Source: an uncultured virus (IMG/VR IMGVR_UViG_3300011867_000002)
Lineage: Duplodnaviria; Heunggongvirae; Uroviricota; Caudoviricetes
Reading direction: 5' to 3' (one strand)
Virus record (IMG/VR): IMGVR_UViG_3300011867_000002
Coordinates: 124,001-188,000 of that record
DNA: 64,000 nt
A program made the translations under genes and the position numbers. Of this stretch, positions 40,351-49,428 are shown in pieces. Numbering within the stretch: the stretch's first letter is position 1; every line of letters begins with the position of its first letter. The notes under the pieces are model-generated. The model ran no database searches, was not told the origin of the DNA, and was given only the letters and a program-made list of their open reading frames with translations.

Positions 40351-40860
40351 CTAGTTCGTAAGGCTTACCTCAATCAATGTTTTAGCAAGTGCCTGGACAT
40401 TGAGAAAGAGCTTCGTTAAGAGTCTGCGGTTATGTTCATCCACCCCGAACTCTGCTTGGTCTGTTTTGGCAGCAATCTCGCACATACCGAGCGCAGCAGT
40501 CTTCAGTCGACCGACTGCTTTTTCTGGGTCTTGGTAGAACCCCGTGGTCGAGACGAAGAAACGGTCCAGCGTGACAGTGTTCAGCGACCAACTGAAATCC
40601 TCCGCTTGGAGCATCCGGTTATTGTGGAGTTGTCGTTGAATGCGTTTGATCCTTTCAATGTAAGTGTCGATATCCCGGTCGGGTACGGTGACGTTGGTCG
40701 CCACACCGCGACTGACTTCGTAGAGTGAGAATTGAACAGGGGAAACTTCTTGTAGCAGCGTAATGGTGCGCTGCCGTTCGTTCTCTAGTTCACGAGAACG
40801 TTCCAGCTTCTTGAGGGTTTGTCGGTAGCGATACTGCAAATACCACTTCCAGAAAAACAT
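40351..40860 (-). CDS. Hypothetical protein
   Basis: Start moved to MFFWKW (GGAG RBS). Confidence 0.7.
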   Translation of the reverse strand: MFFWKWYLQYRYRQTLKKLERSRELENERQRTITLLQEVSPVQFSLYEVSRGVATNVTVPDRDIDTYIERIKRIQRQLHNNRMLQAEDFSWSLNTVTLDRFFVSTTGFYQDPEKAVGRLKTAALGMCEIAAKTDQAEFGVDEHNRRLLTKLFLNVQALAKTLIEVSLTN

Positions 40861-40986
40861 CTTGTATCTCCGTAATTTAGTCTGCATGGGAAGAAGAGTA
40901 AGGTGGTAGCTCACAATGATGATATGTGACTGAACTATAATTGAAATGGTTCGGTATCCATCTAACCAGATCAAAGGAATGGCACC

Positions 40987-41442
40987 ATGTCAACCGCTAC
41001 TGAAGAAAAAACAATTGACCACATCTTGCTCGACGAGAACGTGGTGCGGCGTCAAGAGTTCATTAACCTCATGATGCCTAACGGAAAACTCCCTGACGAC
41101 CCGAAGGATAAAGCCCTGATTCTGAAGGCCATCGATGGGATTGACAAAACCGCCGTTAGCCGCTTGCGCATCAAGCAAGAAGATAAGACCAACGTCAGCA
41201 ACGAAAAGATCGCCATGCTGCTCGCCGGTGTCTACAAGGGGGTTTCGGCTACCAAGAACCCGTACGTGGTGCAAGACATGAAAGACATCACGCCCGAGAA
41301 CACCGGGGTGATTCCGACCATTCCTGACCACTTACGGACGATCAATTTGGTGGAAGGCGAAACATCGATCAATCCGCGCCAGCTTTCCTACAAAGAGTTC
41401 ACGGAAGGAACCCCGTTGCCCGCAGCTGCAACGGAAGAATAA
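40987..41442 (+). CDS. Hypothetical protein
   Basis: 151 aa, AAGGA RBS, followed by hairpin 41443-41471. Confidence 0.75.
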   Translation: MSTATEEKTIDHILLDENVVRRQEFINLMMPNGKLPDDPKDKALILKAIDGIDKTAVSRLRIKQEDKTNVSNEKIAMLLAGVYKGVSATKNPYVVQDMKDITPENTGVIPTIPDHLRTINLVEGETSINPRQLSYKEFTEGTPLPAAATEE

Positions 41443-41471
41443 GACCAGAGGAGCCAGTTGGCTCCTCTGGG

Positions 41472-42188
41472 TTATATGCCGTTTAGATCGACGATGCTGA
41501 AGTTTTCCACCTCGATCAAGTCCAAAGAGACCAGCGGCCTTGCCATCATCTCAAAAGCCAAGAACGGCGCTGCTCCTTGGTTTAGGAGTTGTTGCATTTG
41601 TTGCTCGTCCGGTTCCAAGACGTGGTGAATCCGCGCGGAGAGCATAATCACTTCTGGCATGGGGTTGCGTTCCAGTGCCGCCATGTGAGTATTAAACCAC
41701 TCCTGCGGATTGTACATAATGAGTACACCGAACTCTTTTTTACATTTCTCTGGTGTCAGTTCCGAGACCGGATAGTGCACCAGTTCAATTTTCAACTCCG
41801 TACCGATCCAGACGTACAAAGCTTTGAGCATGTCTTCTTGCACTTCTGGCGACATTTGGTACGGGTAACAGTTCACCACAATCTTGCAGCCTTTGTAATA
41901 CGGCCGCTCGATCATTTGGGTCGCGGCAGTCTCGGCCAACTTGCGCACCAACTTGTAGCCATTGGAAATGCAACTCACCCGCAGGGTGTCTGCATCGCGC
42001 TTGGCGTAACGTTCACGAAACACTTTGCGGTCAATGCCAGGGAAGGTGTCGGAAGTCCGTTTCTGGTAATCGCTATTGATGACCTGTTCAGCGACAACTG
42101 GGTCAATCAAATGCAAGGTGCCTGCCACCGTGTCAAGCAGTTCGTCCAAGCTGATGTAGATGTCAACTTGGCCTTGGCTGGCCATCAT
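41472..42188 (-). CDS. Conserved hypothetical protein (degenerate HAD-like N-terminus)
   Basis: IYISLDELLDT at the N-terminus. ATGA-coupled to the upstream gene. Confidence 0.65.
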   Translation of the reverse strand: MMASQGQVDIYISLDELLDTVAGTLHLIDPVVAEQVINSDYQKRTSDTFPGIDRKVFRERYAKRDADTLRVSCISNGYKLVRKLAETAATQMIERPYYKGCKIVVNCYPYQMSPEVQEDMLKALYVWIGTELKIELVHYPVSELTPEKCKKEFGVLIMYNPQEWFNTHMAALERNPMPEVIMLSARIHHVLEPDEQQMQQLLNQGAAPFLAFEMMARPLVSLDLIEVENFSIVDLNGI

Positions 42189-42712
42189 GACGCTGCGCCT
42201 CGTCGCGGTGTTTTCGCTACCTTCTCTTCGAAGTCACGGTACGGCATGAACATGGTTGACATGGCCATCACCGCCAACCACGAGTTAGCGACCAGTACTT
42301 CGTACGCATCATTGGCATCGACCAAACGATCGCTATTGGCACGCGGCATCGCGCGGTAGGTCGACGGCTTGGAGAGGAACAGACCCAAGTCAACACACAA
42401 CGATTGCGACAGATTGCGCATCAACGCCATGCGAGTATCGTTGTCAGCGCCCCAGAGGAAAAAGAAGGTTGAGGTGAGATTCATGACGAAGTCACGTTGG
42501 ATGTCGTCACCGAACACCGCTTTGGCGTAAGAGTTCAAGCCTTCGGTGGTCACCATCATGAACGGCCGCCCGTTCTTTAAGAGACGTAGCCAAAATTCGT
42601 CGATGCGTTTTTGGTATTCCGGGTCGAGGTTACGGTGCACGGCCACGAAGGCTTCGCGCAGTACCTCGGCCACTTCTTCCATTTCTTGTGGTGTAAATTT
42701 CTTGATGTCCAT
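42185..42712 (-). CDS. Hypothetical protein
   Basis: 175 aa, AGGA RBS. Confidence 0.7.
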   Translation of the reverse strand: MDIKKFTPQEMEEVAEVLREAFVAVHRNLDPEYQKRIDEFWLRLLKNGRPFMMVTTEGLNSYAKAVFGDDIQRDFVMNLTSTFFFLWGADNDTRMALMRNLSQSLCVDLGLFLSKPSTYRAMPRANSDRLVDANDAYEVLVANSWLAVMAMSTMFMPYRDFEEKVAKTPRRGAAS

Positions 42713-42724
42713 TTGTTCTTCCTG

Positions 42725-43420
42725 TTAGTGAGCCAAGAGCGTGCTCTTGTAATGCATACAGGTCAAGAGTGTATGCAGGGTTTCAGTCGAGCGCACTTTG
42801 CCACCGAACGGTTTAACAGCAGCTTGGCTGACGCTACCATTGCGACTCAAGAGCGCATTCATGGCATTGAAACTCGCCACGTCACCACCGCGCAGTTTCA
42901 TGAGTTCCAGAATCGAGTTGTCCATCTTCCACGACGCCATCAACTGCACTTCCGAGAAGGATAGACGACTGCCTTTGGATTTCCCGGTAGGTTGGCCGGT
43001 GAAGTCATCGATCGACTTGTTGTCTTCGGGAATCGAGATTTTCTTGGTCAACAGCTGGGCTTGTCGACGCAGTGGCAAATCGACGATCAGGTAATACTCG
43101 TTCGACAGGTAAGCCGGGCGATCGTCGTCACTGGTGAACCAGATACGCTCAAAGAAGTTGTGTCCCCAGAGCTTGGCCAATTCCAGATTGCGCTTCACGC
43201 TCAGTTTCACTTGCTTGATGTCAGTACGGCCCTTCGTGAAGTTGGGGGCAACGATCGGCGGGATGATACTACCATCTTCCAAGCCTTGCATGAATTTGTC
43301 GAATGCCTTGTCGTCCATCGAGGCAAACAAGTCTTTGTAAATCTGGACGTTATCGGAACCGGGCAGGATCGCATTGATACCACTGAGCAGTTCCGCTTCC
43401 GCTTTTTTTCGGTTAGTCAT
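42725..43420 (-). CDS. rpoB: Virion RNA polymerase beta subunit, C-terminal part (phiKZ gp149-like)
   Basis: TGQPTGKSKGSRLSFSEV and LELMKLRGGD correspond to bacterial RpoB TQQPLGGKA..GGQRFGEME and LQEMLTVKSDD. Confidence 0.8.
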   Translation of the reverse strand: MTNRKKAEAELLSGINAILPGSDNVQIYKDLFASMDDKAFDKFMQGLEDGSIIPPIVAPNFTKGRTDIKQVKLSVKRNLELAKLWGHNFFERIWFTSDDDRPAYLSNEYYLIVDLPLRRQAQLLTKKISIPEDNKSIDDFTGQPTGKSKGSRLSFSEVQLMASWKMDNSILELMKLRGGDVASFNAMNALLSRNGSVSQAAVKPFGGKVRSTETLHTLLTCMHYKSTLLAH

Positions 43421-43487
43421 CAGGAAACCTTTGGTATGTGGGTGAGGATTGTGGCCGCCGTTTTAGCGATCCACCTATACCAATTTG

Positions 43488-43515
43488 TGCAGATTGACCT
43501 GATGTCGTAATTTAT
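43488..43515 (-). promoter_or_regulatory. Putative bipartite promoter ATAAATTACG-N14-TGCA
   Basis: Variant of the recurrent motif, upstream of the RNAP beta C-part gene. Confidence 0.45.
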
Positions 43516-43526
43516 TCTTGTCCTAA

Positions 43527-43598
43527 CCGGCATAAAACACACACCCTCTCCATTGTTAGTTGAAGACACCAACTAACGCACGAGAGGGTGGTGGTATT
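43527..43598 (-). terminator. Extended hairpin with CGGCATAAAA flank
   Basis: CACCCTCTC/GAGAGGGTG and GTTAGTTG/CAACTAAC stems. Confidence 0.65.
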
Positions 43599-43944
43599 AC
43601 AGGCCGCACTGGATGATGCAAGGGACGACGATTTGCTTGAACAGCTTGTGCCATTCGTATTCGTTGCAGTTGTCCTCGATGCAGAAGCGGGCATTCGAGG
43701 TGTCGACGCCGGCGTTCACGCCGTGGGTGCCGAGGATGTAACGCCAGTGGCTGTTGGCAGCGTGGCGCGCCACCATAACCGGTTCACGGGTAACTTGGTC
43801 GCCGTAGTTGGCCACCATGCCGTTCACCCATGCGGTTGGGTCTTTGTGACCAGCTTCGGCCAGCAGGTTGGAGATTTTGTCGAACAGTTCCGGTGCCGTT
43901 TTGGCATCGACGTAGACTTGCTTTTCAGCGGTTGCGGTACTCAT
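43597..43944 (-). CDS. Hypothetical protein
   Basis: Start moved to MSTATAE (AGGA RBS). Strong codon bias. Confidence 0.75.
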   Translation of the reverse strand: MSTATAEKQVYVDAKTAPELFDKISNLLAEAGHKDPTAWVNGMVANYGDQVTREPVMVARHAANSHWRYILGTHGVNAGVDTSNARFCIEDNCNEYEWHKLFKQIVVPCIIQCGL

Positions 43945-44032
43945 GATCAGGTTCCTAATTTTGAAAGATTGTCGATGTGCAACAACAGGTGCACACAATG
44001 GGTGGGCCGACCCACCCATTTTTCTTGTATGG

Positions 44033-45505
44033 TTAAGCTAAGCGTTTCACTTCGATGATTTCGTTCGTGGTGACCGAACCATCGGCATTACGGGGCGCCA
44101 TCCAGTAAGGATGGTAGGCCAGCTTGTGGTCGTGCGGCAGACGCATGCGCAGCAGGTCCATCGTCGACAGGTAGTGACGTTCGTATTCGGCGTCAGCGTC
44201 GATGCCGACCCAGCCGCGGGTGTCGAGCAGGGTTTCCCAGTTGTAGCCCTTCTTGCGCAGGTCGTTGAAGAGTTCCTGCGGCGTGCACATCAGCATCTTC
44301 GTGATGTCGTCGTGCCACAGCGTATCGATCTGGCACATTTGCGACGAGTAGAAGATCGCTTGGCGCAAGCGATGATCGTCGTCGATCTTGCGCCGCACCG
44401 CAGTGCGCGACAGTTTCACGTCCGGCCAGAGCGACATGGCATAGTTCTGCATGTTGCCGTCCAGACCGTAACGGTCGTTGGTCTTGCAGAGGTGGAATTC
44501 CGTCAGCGACGGCAACACACCTTCTTCCTGCGAAACGATGATCCCGAGCGGCATGCCCGATGGACCACTCTTACCGCGCGTTTGTACCGTCCAGATGAGG
44601 TTGAGGTCGGTATCGCCCTTGACGTCGTCCGACGAGTTACGCGGGTATTCTGGTGCCTTGGTGGTGTCGTTTTTCAGAATCTCTGCACTGAAGCAGAGCC
44701 AGGCATTGTTCATGTGGAACAGGAACTTCTCTGGCACGCCCTTGATCTTGAAGTCCGCCGGGATGTGTTGCAGCTGCTTACGCACCGGCGCACGGGGGTC
44801 GAGATTGAAACGCTGACCCAAGTGGGCCGTCAGCTGCATGTAATGGCTGTGGCGCGAGCAGACGACTGGCAGTTCGGCGATCAGACGGGTCTTGTCGTTA
44901 CCGCCCGTCATGTACATCATGTTCGCTTCCTTGTCGCCGATCTCGGTTTCATCCAAAATCTTGTCGACCCGGTCCGAACGCCACTCTGACAGCGAGTCGA
45001 CGCAGCGGAAGGTCGGACGCTGTACCGTGAACTGGGCCGTGCGGTTGTAGTTCATGTACGGCGTGCGGATGACGATGTCTTTCTCTTTGCTCTTTTCCTT
45101 GAGCGCGGCCTTTTCTGCTTCCCACCATTTATTGCCGCTGTAACCTTCGCTGTTGATGACTTGCCAGCGACCCGAGCCGATCACGTCTTCGCCCTTGAAG
45201 TCGGGGATGCTGTGCACCGAGAAAGTGGCCAGACGTTCCTTTTCCGTACTGATCTCGGTATCGTAGGTGCCGCCTTCGGAACCGACCACGCGCGCCATCG
45301 CAGTCAAGCCTTGGTAGTGGGCCTGGGTCGACTTGAACATGTTACCGGGGCCAATAAAGCCAGTGGTAGCCGACATGCCGGCGTTCAGGAGGGATTCGCC
45401 ACGGGCGCCAGTCACAAAGCGACCCGTCGGAATATCCCAGCCGCAGCCGAGGTTAATCTTGATCTTGAGATCAGGTGCTGGCGTAAACGACGAATTAAAT
45501 CCCAT
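44033..45505 (-). CDS. uvsX: RecA/UvsX-like recombinase (phiKZ gp152-like)
   Basis: Walker A GPGNMFKST, YDTE, Walker B CVDSLS, LTAHLG, RGKSGPSG. Confidence 0.85.
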   Translation of the reverse strand: MGFNSSFTPAPDLKIKINLGCGWDIPTGRFVTGARGESLLNAGMSATTGFIGPGNMFKSTQAHYQGLTAMARVVGSEGGTYDTEISTEKERLATFSVHSIPDFKGEDVIGSGRWQVINSEGYSGNKWWEAEKAALKEKSKEKDIVIRTPYMNYNRTAQFTVQRPTFRCVDSLSEWRSDRVDKILDETEIGDKEANMMYMTGGNDKTRLIAELPVVCSRHSHYMQLTAHLGQRFNLDPRAPVRKQLQHIPADFKIKGVPEKFLFHMNNAWLCFSAEILKNDTTKAPEYPRNSSDDVKGDTDLNLIWTVQTRGKSGPSGMPLGIIVSQEEGVLPSLTEFHLCKTNDRYGLDGNMQNYAMSLWPDVKLSRTAVRRKIDDDHRLRQAIFYSSQMCQIDTLWHDDITKMLMCTPQELFNDLRKKGYNWETLLDTRGWVGIDADAEYERHYLSTMDLLRMRLPHDHKLAYHPYWMAPRNADGSVTTNEIIEVKRLA

Positions 45506-45740
45506 GATTGCCCTCTTCTTTCATTTTGTTGAATTCTTCTTCGGTCAAGTAACCGAGCGTCTTGTCTTCGTATTTGATGGCGTAACCGCCGACCTTGGGA
45601 TTGAAGCCGACCATGTAGGCTTTCATTACCACGATCGAGAACGTCTTGTCCTTCAAGCTGAGCGACCACATTGTCGGGTCAGTCTCTTTGCTTGGTACGA
45701 TTTTGGTGATTTGCCCCCAGACTGCAATGCGTTTATTCAT
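45495..45740 (-). CDS. Small hypothetical protein (paralogue of 45755-46105)
   Basis: 81 aa, AAGGA RBS, NPKVGGYAIKYED...LTEEEF. Confidence 0.75.
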   Translation of the reverse strand: MNKRIAVWGQITKIVPSKETDPTMWSLSLKDKTFSIVVMKAYMVGFNPKVGGYAIKYEDKTLGYLTEEEFNKMKEEGNHGI

Positions 45741-45754
45741 GTGGGTTCCTTTTC

Positions 45755-46105
45755 TTAACGGCGTTTCTGGCGGCGGGCTTCTCGCCCCAGATACCGGTAG
45801 GTATTGCGTTGGAGTTCGAAATTGAGTTCCGTCAGGTCCATGGGCAGGACTTCTTGTTTGACGAACACCGCTTTCAGGAATTCTTCTTTGGTCAGGACAA
45901 TCGTGGAGTCGTCCAACTGCTTGAGCAGGAATTGCCCGACCTGTGGTTTGTGCGCTTCCATGAATTCATCGTTGACCGCCACCGTGGTAGTGTATTCCCC
46001 GTACGAGGACAAGGTCAGAATCGTCATGCGGATGCCGCGTCCAGTTGGCGTTTCGATCTTCTTGACTTCGCCATACAGTTTGTATTTGATGATGGACTTC
46101 GACAT
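45755..46105 (-). CDS. Small hypothetical protein (paralogue of 45495-45740)
   Basis: 116 aa, KPQVGQFLLKQLD...LTKEEF. Confidence 0.75.
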   Translation of the reverse strand: MSKSIIKYKLYGEVKKIETPTGRGIRMTILTLSSYGEYTTTVAVNDEFMEAHKPQVGQFLLKQLDDSTIVLTKEEFLKAVFVKQEVLPMDLTELNFELQRNTYRYLGREARRQKRR

Positions 46106-46128
46106 GGTGTGTCTCTTTCAGGAGGATG

Positions 46129-46380
46129 TCAGCGCACCGGCTTCACGTAGTTCTCGGCTTCTGCTGCGGTGATGTATTGGAGTTGTCGCGTACTCTGCGA
46201 CATAACAATAAAGCCGGTCGTGTCAATGACCGCATCACCCACCACCGCGATATCTTGCCGTGGCAGCTTTTCCGAAGCACGCATCACCGACACAGTGTCC
46301 TCGGCTACTTCCACCACTGGCCAAACTTCAAACCAGTGCTTCTTGTTTTGTTGGTATTGGCGTGTGTATGGGGTATGCAT
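46129..46380 (-). CDS. Small hypothetical protein
   Basis: Start moved to MHTPY (GGAG RBS), downstream of a promoter-like motif at 46401-46428. Confidence 0.65.
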   Translation of the reverse strand: MHTPYTRQYQQNKKHWFEVWPVVEVAEDTVSVMRASEKLPRQDIAVVGDAVIDTTGFIVMSQSTRQLQYITAAEAENYVKPVR

Positions 46381-46479
46381 AATGTGGCTCCAGTTATCTA
46401 CACAAGATGAGCGCGCCACGTTTTATTTTATGTCCTAACGTTAATTATTTACTCTCTCCACCAAACGGAACCAGTCACC

Positions 46480-47307
46480 ATGCAGACCCAACTCTCTATC
46501 CTGCGTAATGCCGTGGCCCTCGAAGCGCTCTCCATGCGTGACATGACGGCTTATTTCCACGACATCATGCCAAGCCTCCAGTCGTCGTTTAACGACTTCA
46601 CGAGCCGCTTCTCGCCCAAGCAAGAAGCCATCCAGGGCTTCACTTCGCAGCAACGCGAGTTCGACCGGGAAATCAGCGGCCGCTCGTACATGGCCGTGTC
46701 GCAGATTACCGCATACATTCCGGAAGGACTGGATGTACCATACATCGACTACGCCGAAGTCCTGCTCGATGCTGTCAAGCACGCCAGCAAAGTTATGGAT
46801 GTGCTGGTGCCGTATAGCGCCTACCTCGCCGGGCTCGTGACCGACAAGGAAGCCACCCTCTCGACCAAAAGCTTCGAAGTCGAATTCAAGCTGATGGAAG
46901 AAGAACGCAAGCGCATCAATGCCGAACTGGGTGCCTGCTTCAAGAAAGGTTCCTCGAAAGCAGAAGCGGCAATCGGCGATGTGGTGCAACGCAACGCGGA
47001 CTGGAAAGCCGTCTTCGAACGCTGCAACGACATCAGCAAGACCATCAACGACGTCAACCGTTCGGCCCTCCTGAAGAAGGTCAACGAATGCAACAGCCAT
47101 CTCGAAATCATCCTCAAGATGGCGCGTGAAGGCCGTGTCGGCAAAGTGGCCACCAGTGCCGTCATGAACCTGGCCGATGGCGCCTACCAAGTTGCATCCG
47201 AACTGGAGTTCTACGCTGTGGCCCATTACAAGGCCGAGGTGTTCGTTTCCTGCGTCAATCAAACGCTGGAGCACTTCAAGAAAGTCACCAAGCAGAACCA
47301 AAAGTAA
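46480..47307 (+). CDS. Probable head protein (phiKZ gp153-like)
   Basis: 275 aa, N-terminal VALEA candidate cleavage site, between uvsX and RNase H. Confidence 0.65.
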   Translation: MQTQLSILRNAVALEALSMRDMTAYFHDIMPSLQSSFNDFTSRFSPKQEAIQGFTSQQREFDREISGRSYMAVSQITAYIPEGLDVPYIDYAEVLLDAVKHASKVMDVLVPYSAYLAGLVTDKEATLSTKSFEVEFKLMEEERKRINAELGACFKKGSSKAEAAIGDVVQRNADWKAVFERCNDISKTINDVNRSALLKKVNECNSHLEIILKMAREGRVGKVATSAVMNLADGAYQVASELEFYAVAHYKAEVFVSCVNQTLEHFKKVTKQNQK

Positions 47308-47312
47308 TTCAC

Positions 47313-47378
47313 GCGGCATAAGACCCCTTGCCCTAGGACTTGCGTCTTAGAGCAAGGGTTCGACCACTTTTATGCCGC
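47313..47378. terminator. Bidirectional long hairpin with GCGGCATAA/TTATGCCGC ends
   Basis: CCCTTGCCCTAGGAC-TTGC-GTCTTAGAGCAAGGG between convergent genes. Confidence 0.75.
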
Positions 47379-47759
47379 AGAGTTGGTTTCCGGTGCTTGG
47401 TTGAACACCGTAAAAAGCTTTTCCACGTCACGCTGGATGGCACCCTCTTCACCGTAGCTCAGCCACTTGGGGGTGGTGACCGACGGCGAAGCGTTTGGGT
47501 CTTGGGAATGCATCAGTACTTTGCCGTCCCAGATCGCACGTGACACGAACACCGGCAATTTCAAGGCCGCTTTATTGCGACCCAACGCCATGACGGTGTT
47601 GAGCTTATTAAGCGTATCGTCATCGAGGTTGGTCGACCCCTTCAGATACGCGCCAAGCGAGGCGATATGGACCAGGCGTTTCATGCGAGCGGATAAGCGC
47701 ACTACCACAAAGCTTATCGCGCGCACCTTCCAGGTCCGACGCAGACTTGTTTGACTCAT
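47370..47759 (-). CDS. Hypothetical protein
   Basis: 129-aa ORF. The stop lies inside the conserved GCGGCATAA motif. Confidence 0.65.
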   Translation of the reverse strand: MSQTSLRRTWKVRAISFVVVRLSARMKRLVHIASLGAYLKGSTNLDDDTLNKLNTVMALGRNKAALKLPVFVSRAIWDGKVLMHSQDPNASPSVTTPKWLSYGEEGAIQRDVEKLFTVFNQAPETNSAA

Positions 47760-47841
47760 GATTAAGGAACTCCAGTGGTCTACCCGATGCCTGAGACAAC
47801 GGGCATACCAAGTAGGTTAATGAAAAAAGGCCCTTTGAAAC

Positions 47842-49377
47842 TTACGCAGGCTGCTTGGGACGCTCGATGATGCGCATGTTGCTATACACACCCGAGTAGA
47901 TGCCCAGGCCATTGCTGACCTTGACGACCACTGCGTAACGGAACACGTAGTCAGAGTCTTTCCACGTGATCAGCGTCACCGCCGGGTCGAGCGCTTCCAG
48001 CCGTTTCAGAGCATTGCGATCAGGCATGTCAATCCCGAGGTTGATCGTGATTGGCAAGCTTTCGATCTGTCCTTCGACCGACTTGTAGTTGGCGTCCAGA
48101 CGCAATGCGGCGTAACCCACGTTAAACATCTCTTTCAGAACAAGGTGGGTAGTTGGTTCGCCATTCTTCGGCGTTTTCACAACTGTCTCATACAAGATAG
48201 ATGTGAGATCGGTACGGACCACGCGTGGATCGTCCGAAAGGTACCACACCAGCTTTTCATCGAGCGAACTGAGTTCCTCAATCACGCGGCTCGACAAGCG
48301 TGCCGGGTCGAGTACCTTGGTCAAAGGTTCCCGGTCCAGACAGTACAAGTCGAGCTTCTTCATGTTCTTGCGTTCCATGGCAAAGCTGCCATGCTTCAAC
48401 ACCTGTCGATGAGTGTCAGGCCGGAACAAGTTATCGATCCGGATGAACGCAATGTGATCGGTACCGGCGCAGGTAGCGATCTGTTGATTACGGACGATTT
48501 CGATGGCTTCATCTGGCTCGTCGATCCGCACGATACCATAACAGCCGTCGCTGACCCGAATACCGGCCGCGTCGTCGTCCTTGCCATGGTCACCCATGTA
48601 GTACTCGCCAGCAGCACGCAAACCAACTGCCGTGTTGAAATACGCCCGACGATGGAACAGGAGTGGGTGGCGTCGCGGATCGTAGGACCAGTAACCTTCT
48701 GCTTGATTCTGCTCCATCGAGTGTTCTTGCTTGCCGACGATGCTGCGCAAAAGACCCGAGGTCGCCAGTGCGTCCGCATCTTCGTTGCCGAGCGAACCAT
48801 CGTGGCTTTGAATCCAGCTGGCCTTGAACTCGACGCCACGTTGGGTCAGCATGTCACGGTAGCTGACGGCTTCCTTCCAAGTATCGGCGTTCTTTCGTGG
48901 CTGGCCGTCTGGTTGCAACCAGTTGGCTTTGGCCCACTTGTCGACGCCACCGTTCAAGCCCTTGATGACGTATTCGCTGTCGCTGATCAGGTGGAACTTC
49001 TGGATGTCGAAGTCAAGCGCATATTGCATGCCGCGCAGGGCGCCGACCAATTCGCAGACGTTGTTGGTGACCATCTGCGCACCCATCGCACCGTAGCCGT
49101 CGATGTAGTGTACTGGCGTAACCGCACCGTAATTTGGCTTTTCTCCAGTAGCCGTAGGTGACTCTTCTTCCAGTTCGGCCTTGCTCCTGTAGCCATCCGG
49201 CGTCGGAACGATACCAGGTACGCCGATGCCTTTTTTGGGTGGGGCGGTGTTGTACAGGTAACCGTGGATGCCGTAGCCACCGTAACCGGGATTTGGGTTG
49301 GCTTGGAACGGATTACGTGCACCACCATCCGTGTACAGCACTATCCCTTGTTTCGTTTCTTCTACTGCATCACTCAT
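47842..49377 (-). CDS. rnhA: Ribonuclease HI with C-terminal extension (phiKZ gp155-like)
   Basis: YTDGG, NPGYGGYG, TNNVCEL, SDSEYV, KNADTW, HDGSLGNEDADALA catalytic motifs. Confidence 0.92.
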   Translation of the reverse strand: MSDAVEETKQGIVLYTDGGARNPFQANPNPGYGGYGIHGYLYNTAPPKKGIGVPGIVPTPDGYRSKAELEEESPTATGEKPNYGAVTPVHYIDGYGAMGAQMVTNNVCELVGALRGMQYALDFDIQKFHLISDSEYVIKGLNGGVDKWAKANWLQPDGQPRKNADTWKEAVSYRDMLTQRGVEFKASWIQSHDGSLGNEDADALATSGLLRSIVGKQEHSMEQNQAEGYWSYDPRRHPLLFHRRAYFNTAVGLRAAGEYYMGDHGKDDDAAGIRVSDGCYGIVRIDEPDEAIEIVRNQQIATCAGTDHIAFIRIDNLFRPDTHRQVLKHGSFAMERKNMKKLDLYCLDREPLTKVLDPARLSSRVIEELSSLDEKLVWYLSDDPRVVRTDLTSILYETVVKTPKNGEPTTHLVLKEMFNVGYAALRLDANYKSVEGQIESLPITINLGIDMPDRNALKRLEALDPAVTLITWKDSDYVFRYAVVVKVSNGLGIYSGVYSNMRIIERPKQPA

Positions 49378-49400
49378 GGGTTCTCCTAATGTTTATTCCC

Positions 49401-49428
49401 TACACCATGCTACGGGCCCGTATTTTTT
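49401..49428 (-). promoter_or_regulatory. Putative bipartite promoter AAAAAATACG-N14-TGTA
   Basis: Recurrent motif directly upstream of RNase H. Confidence 0.6.
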
